This document shows positions 21,168 through 24,000 of a DNA stretch of 24,000 bases, one piece after another; position 1 is the first letter of the stretch; each line of letters opens with the position of its first letter. The position numbers were made by a program, and so were the translations under genes. The DNA comes from Methanobacterium paludis. GTDB lineage: Archaea; Methanobacteriota; Methanobacteria; Methanobacteriales; Methanobacteriaceae. The stretch spans positions 219,478 through 243,477 of the forward strand of contig NC_015574.1 in NCBI RefSeq assembly GCF_000214725.1, in the 5' to 3' direction. The notes beneath the pieces are model-generated. The model did not search any database. It saw only the letters and a list, made by a program, of their open reading frames with translations, and was not told the DNA's origin.

Positions 21168-21199
21168 TTCAAGATCTAAAAAATTCAAGATCTAAAAAA
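21168..21199. repeat. exact tandem duplication of 16 nt (TTCAAGATCTAAAAAA x2)
   Basis: Copies at 21168-21183 and 21184-21199 are identical. On the - strand each copy supplies a T6-T7 run 30-60 nt after the exbD-like stop, so they are plausible terminator elements. Confidence 0.8.
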
Positions 21200-21232
21200 A
21201 TTTAAACTTTTTTTATTCATTTATTGATGGTT

Positions 21233-21631
21233 TCAAGAGCTTGGAGTTGTTACAGCCTCTTCAGGAGACATTCCAGTTGGTGTTGTAATGATGATTGCGC
21301 CCTCTTTTGATTTTATCACGATCTCCCCTTCGTCTATAACGTCTGTGTGTACTGCAATTGCCCCATTTTTAATATCCTGTGACATATCCACTCCATTTAC
21401 TGTAACATTTTTGAGACCAGCAACAGGAATAAGGTAGTATTCTGAGGTTCCGCTGGTTTGTGATACTTCAGGTTTGCCGGAGGTGGTGCTGGTTTGGGTG
21501 GCGGCCTGAAAACTGCTTGTCACCATTAAAAATATGAGGATTGTAAAAATAACATCTATGAGTGGAACTAAATTAACCTGAGCTTTGTTGCGTCTTAATC
21601 TGTTCTTGTATCTTTTTGTATCCAATGGCAT
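21233..21631 (-). CDS. ExbD/TolR-family protein
   Basis: Basic N-terminus, one TM helix with the family motif NLVPLIDVIFTILIFLM, a Ser/Thr-rich linker and a ~70 aa extracytoplasmic domain. GGAG lies 9 nt upstream. Confidence 0.7.
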   Translation of the reverse strand: MPLDTKRYKNRLRRNKAQVNLVPLIDVIFTILIFLMVTSSFQAATQTSTTSGKPEVSQTSGTSEYYLIPVAGLKNVTVNGVDMSQDIKNGAIAVHTDVIDEGEIVIKSKEGAIIITTPTGMSPEEAVTTPSS

Positions 21632-21650
21632 TTGGAATAACTCCTAGTAA

Positions 21651-21676
21651 ACATTACTGCTATACATTACTGCTAT
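21651..21676. repeat. exact tandem duplication of 13 nt (ACATTACTGCTAT x2)
   Basis: Copies at 21651-21663 and 21664-21676 are identical. They lie 20-45 nt upstream of the exbD-like start, in the 94-nt exbB-exbD spacer. Confidence 0.8.
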
Positions 21677-21725
21677 GATTATTGGAATATTAAGATTTAT
21701 TCAAGGTTTAAATCGCTAAAATAAA

Positions 21726-22565
21726 TTACTGTCTTAACTTACTCTCAACGATCTTTACTTGTGTGTTGCATTTTTCCATTATTATGTTTTTAATGCTCTT
21801 TTCAAGCATGTTTGGGTTTATGGAGATCCAGATATTCGCCTCGGAATCAAGAAGTTTCCTGACCTTAACCACTCCATCGGATTCTTTCAAAGCTTCAACA
21901 GATTTTTCTATATTTGAATCCACTTTTATCTTCATTTCGGCGATTCTCCAGTTGGTCATCTTCTTAGCTATGTCTATTGCATCTATTTCATTTTCTATCT
22001 TGCTATTTATGTATGAGTGGAATGGAAGTAAGGTTATTGCAACTGTTAAACCTGCTATAGTAGTGATGAGAGCTATATTAATTCCCAGGGCCATTGTTGT
22101 TGGGTTTGCGTCAACACCAAGTGATTTGAATGTGTACCACATACCAAGAACCGTTCCTATAAGTCCTAAAAGTGGTGCAATTTCAATTATGGTCCTGATA
22201 GTATCTAGACCCTTGGTCATGCGCCCCATCTCCACGATGAAAACCCTTTCCATGGCATCTTCCACTTCGGCTCTGTTTCGATATCCAATCTTAAGGGCTT
22301 CTGATATTATTTTGGATAATGGGTTTTGGTATTTTCCTATTGAGCGTAATGCTTCTAGGGAACCACCTTTTTCCATAGCTTTGTTTACGTCCCCCATTAT
22401 TTGGGGCAGTTCCACTTTGGATATTTTTCGCATGTGATGAATTTTCTCTAAGGAAGATGCGAGACCGTAAATGCCTATAACGGTTATTACATAGGTTATA
22501 ATTCCTCCGTTTTTGAACATCTCCATTATAGTTCCAAAAGCACTGTTAAAAAATTCTAATATCAT
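21726..22565 (-). CDS. MotA/TolQ/ExbB-family proton channel protein with ~75 aa C-terminal extension
   Basis: Three TM helices with the family signature IAPLLGLIGTVLGM and GINIALITTIAGLTVAI. GGAG SD. The start lies 13 nt after the rnhB stop. Confidence 0.75.
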   Translation of the reverse strand: MILEFFNSAFGTIMEMFKNGGIITYVITVIGIYGLASSLEKIHHMRKISKVELPQIMGDVNKAMEKGGSLEALRSIGKYQNPLSKIISEALKIGYRNRAEVEDAMERVFIVEMGRMTKGLDTIRTIIEIAPLLGLIGTVLGMWYTFKSLGVDANPTTMALGINIALITTIAGLTVAITLLPFHSYINSKIENEIDAIDIAKKMTNWRIAEMKIKVDSNIEKSVEALKESDGVVKVRKLLDSEANIWISINPNMLEKSIKNIIMEKCNTQVKIVESKLRQ

Positions 22566-22578
22566 GTTATCTCCAACT

Positions 22579-23187
22579 TTATCTTGTTTTTGCTACTGTT
22601 GCCCATGATTTCCTGACAAAATCGGGCAGATCCTCGTAAGAGGTTTTCTTTAGAAATGCAATGGTTTTAGGGTCGCTGGGATAGCCAGATCCAATTTCTT
22701 TAAATTCTTTCCTTATTTTTTGGACTTCACTGTCCCTTTCAACCTTTGCAACAATTGAAGCCGCTGAAACAATAACATACTTATCATCTGCTTTGTGTTC
22801 AGCCACTACCTCAAGATTTTCTTTGTATGTTTCAATTTCAGCCTTAAATCTCTTTGGTTTTACGTCTATACAATCTATTATGGAGATATCAGGTTCTGAG
22901 TCTCCTATGATCTTTTTCATTGCGATCTTCTCAATTTCGTTGAGGTTCACGTCCTTCGACCTCAGAAGGTCTATGTCCTGGGCTGTTATTTTCACAGGAT
23001 AACATTCTGCGATTTTTTTTATCTTTCTTGATAAAACTATCCTTCTTTTTGGAGATAACTTTTTTGAGTCCCTTAATTTCAATCTTTCAAGGTACTTGAC
23101 TCTGTTCTCTTCGATTGCAACTCCACATACCACTAAAGGACCAAGTACAGATCCTCTTCCTGCTTCATCTATACCTACTATTTTCAT
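22579..23187 (-). CDS. rnhB: ribonuclease HII
   Basis: N-terminal GIDEAGRGSVLGPLVV and downstream DSK and AASIVAK blocks. 202 aa. Confidence 0.92.
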   Translation of the reverse strand: MKIVGIDEAGRGSVLGPLVVCGVAIEENRVKYLERLKLRDSKKLSPKRRIVLSRKIKKIAECYPVKITAQDIDLLRSKDVNLNEIEKIAMKKIIGDSEPDISIIDCIDVKPKRFKAEIETYKENLEVVAEHKADDKYVIVSAASIVAKVERDSEVQKIRKEFKEIGSGYPSDPKTIAFLKKTSYEDLPDFVRKSWATVAKTR

Positions 23188-23521
23188 TTTTAAGCCTGTA
23201 AACCTTATTAAGCATTGCTTTTTTAATAATATGTTCTTATCTTAATTTTTTAATCAATGATCTGGAATTATTCAGAATTATATTTAAATTAATCTAAAAG
23301 TTTTTTTTTATTGGTCTAAAGATTATTGATCTAAAATTAGTTCAAAGTAATCCACCAAAAAATCAGGATTTAATTAGAAAAAAATATTTTTAAAAAAGTC
23401 AAATAACAAAGTCAAATAATTCTAAAAAAAGTTGGATTAAAAAAAGCGGGATCGTTCTAAAAAAATAATTTTTTAGAAAATAAATTTAAAAAATTAAAAA
23501 GTTTAGGAATTAGTTAAACAC

Positions 23522-24000
23522 TCATTTCATGGCTTTTAAACGTACCTCTGGCTCAAGTGCCCTTGGTTCTGCAGCTACTATTGCAGCACCTTTAGCAACA
23601 ACGGTCATAGGGTCGTCTGAAATTTCCACTGGGACTCCAACTTCTTCGTATATCCTTTCTTTTAATCCTTTAAGTTGGGATGTTCCTCCCACAACAACTG
23701 TTTTGTTGTAGACACCGGATATGAGCTCAGGTGACATTCTCTCAAGTACCAGTGCTAATGCTTCGATAAGCCTGACCACTATAGGTTCTGCAGCATCTGC
23801 AACCAGTTTGGAATCTATCTCTACTTTTTTAGGTTTGTTGGTTTCCATTGATTTTCCAATGGCTGCTGTTTTGGTTGGCTCTATGGTTGCTGATGAATGA
23901 ACCATTCCAACATTTATCTTGGCCTTTTCAGCTTCATGGATTCCTATTTCAACTTTGTAAAGTTCTTTGACTTTATCGACGATGTTTTTATCTATGTCAT
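23522..24000 (-). CDS. MreB-like actin-fold protein (C-terminal part; N-terminus beyond window end)
   Basis: The frame stays open upstream of the track ATG (23905) to base 24000 (...DKVKELYKVEIGIHEAEKAKINVGMVHS...). The C-terminus VVVGGTSQLKGLKERIYEEVGVPVEISDDPMTVVAKGAA is colinear with MreB (LTGGGALLxGLDxLLxEETGIPVxVAEDPLTCVARG). Confidence 0.7.
   Translation of the reverse strand, partial: DIDKNIVDKVKELYKVEIGIHEAEKAKINVGMVHSSATIEPTKTAAIGKSMETNKPKKVEIDSKLVADAAEPIVVRLIEALALVLERMSPELISGVYNKTVVVGGTSQLKGLKERIYEEVGVPVEISDDPMTVVAKGAAIVAAEPRALEPEVRLKAMK

Noticed and set aside
21763-22437. 224-aa + strand ORF antisense to the exbB-like gene
   Set aside because: Its hydrophobic, Ser/Ile-rich product mirrors a membrane-protein gene. 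The - strand frame carries the MotA/ExbB signature.
1-24000. Search for tRNA, rRNA, CRISPR arrays, IS elements, integrases and long terminal inverted repeats
   Set aside because: I saw no T-loop/acceptor-type structures, regularly spaced repeats, transposase or integrase ORFs, or rRNA-like segments. The intergenic repeats present are short (13-24 nt) and local. This was a scan by eye and is not a substitute for tRNAscan or Infernal.

Overview
This is an AT-rich window whose gene content (atwA, a methanogenesis-marker-like protein, cofD/cofE, arfA, purO, gatD/gatE) and GGTGAT/GGAGG ribosome-binding motifs point to a methanogenic archaeon, probably Methanobacteriales. I can support 23 protein-coding genes. 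I found no rRNA, tRNA, CRISPR array or mobile element. Bases 1-12112 are mostly + strand: 2-oxoacid:ferredoxin oxidoreductase alpha/beta, exonuclease III, a DUF998-like membrane protein, GatD, GatE, a thioredoxin-reductase-like flavoprotein, an endonuclease IV-like protein and an AAA ATPase, with one counter-oriented Fic gene. Bases 12434-24000 are all - strand: hemA, sirC, a Cys-rich marker-9-like protein, atwA (MCR component A2), a Dus-like TIM barrel, arfA, cofD, cofE, purO, an ExbD/ExbB-like pair, rnhB and a partial MreB-like gene. Most of this is ordinary core metabolism. The main observations are: (1) the 3' ~1.2 kb of atwA uses almost only A- or C-ending codons, unlike its own 5' end and every other gene here, so the gene looks mosaic; (2) inside that segment, a -1/+1 pair of single-base indels puts 11 codons out of frame between the first ABC signature and Walker B; (3) atwA, the Cys-rich protein and sirC are packed with 1-nt gaps; (4) the Fic protein has lost its catalytic His; (5) an ExbB/ExbD-type module sits in an organism with no outer membrane; (6) an uncharacterised Dus-like TIM barrel next to the F420/riboflavin genes appears to extend upstream of its ATG with no canonical start codon. 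No database search was run, so all family assignments come from motifs read by eye.
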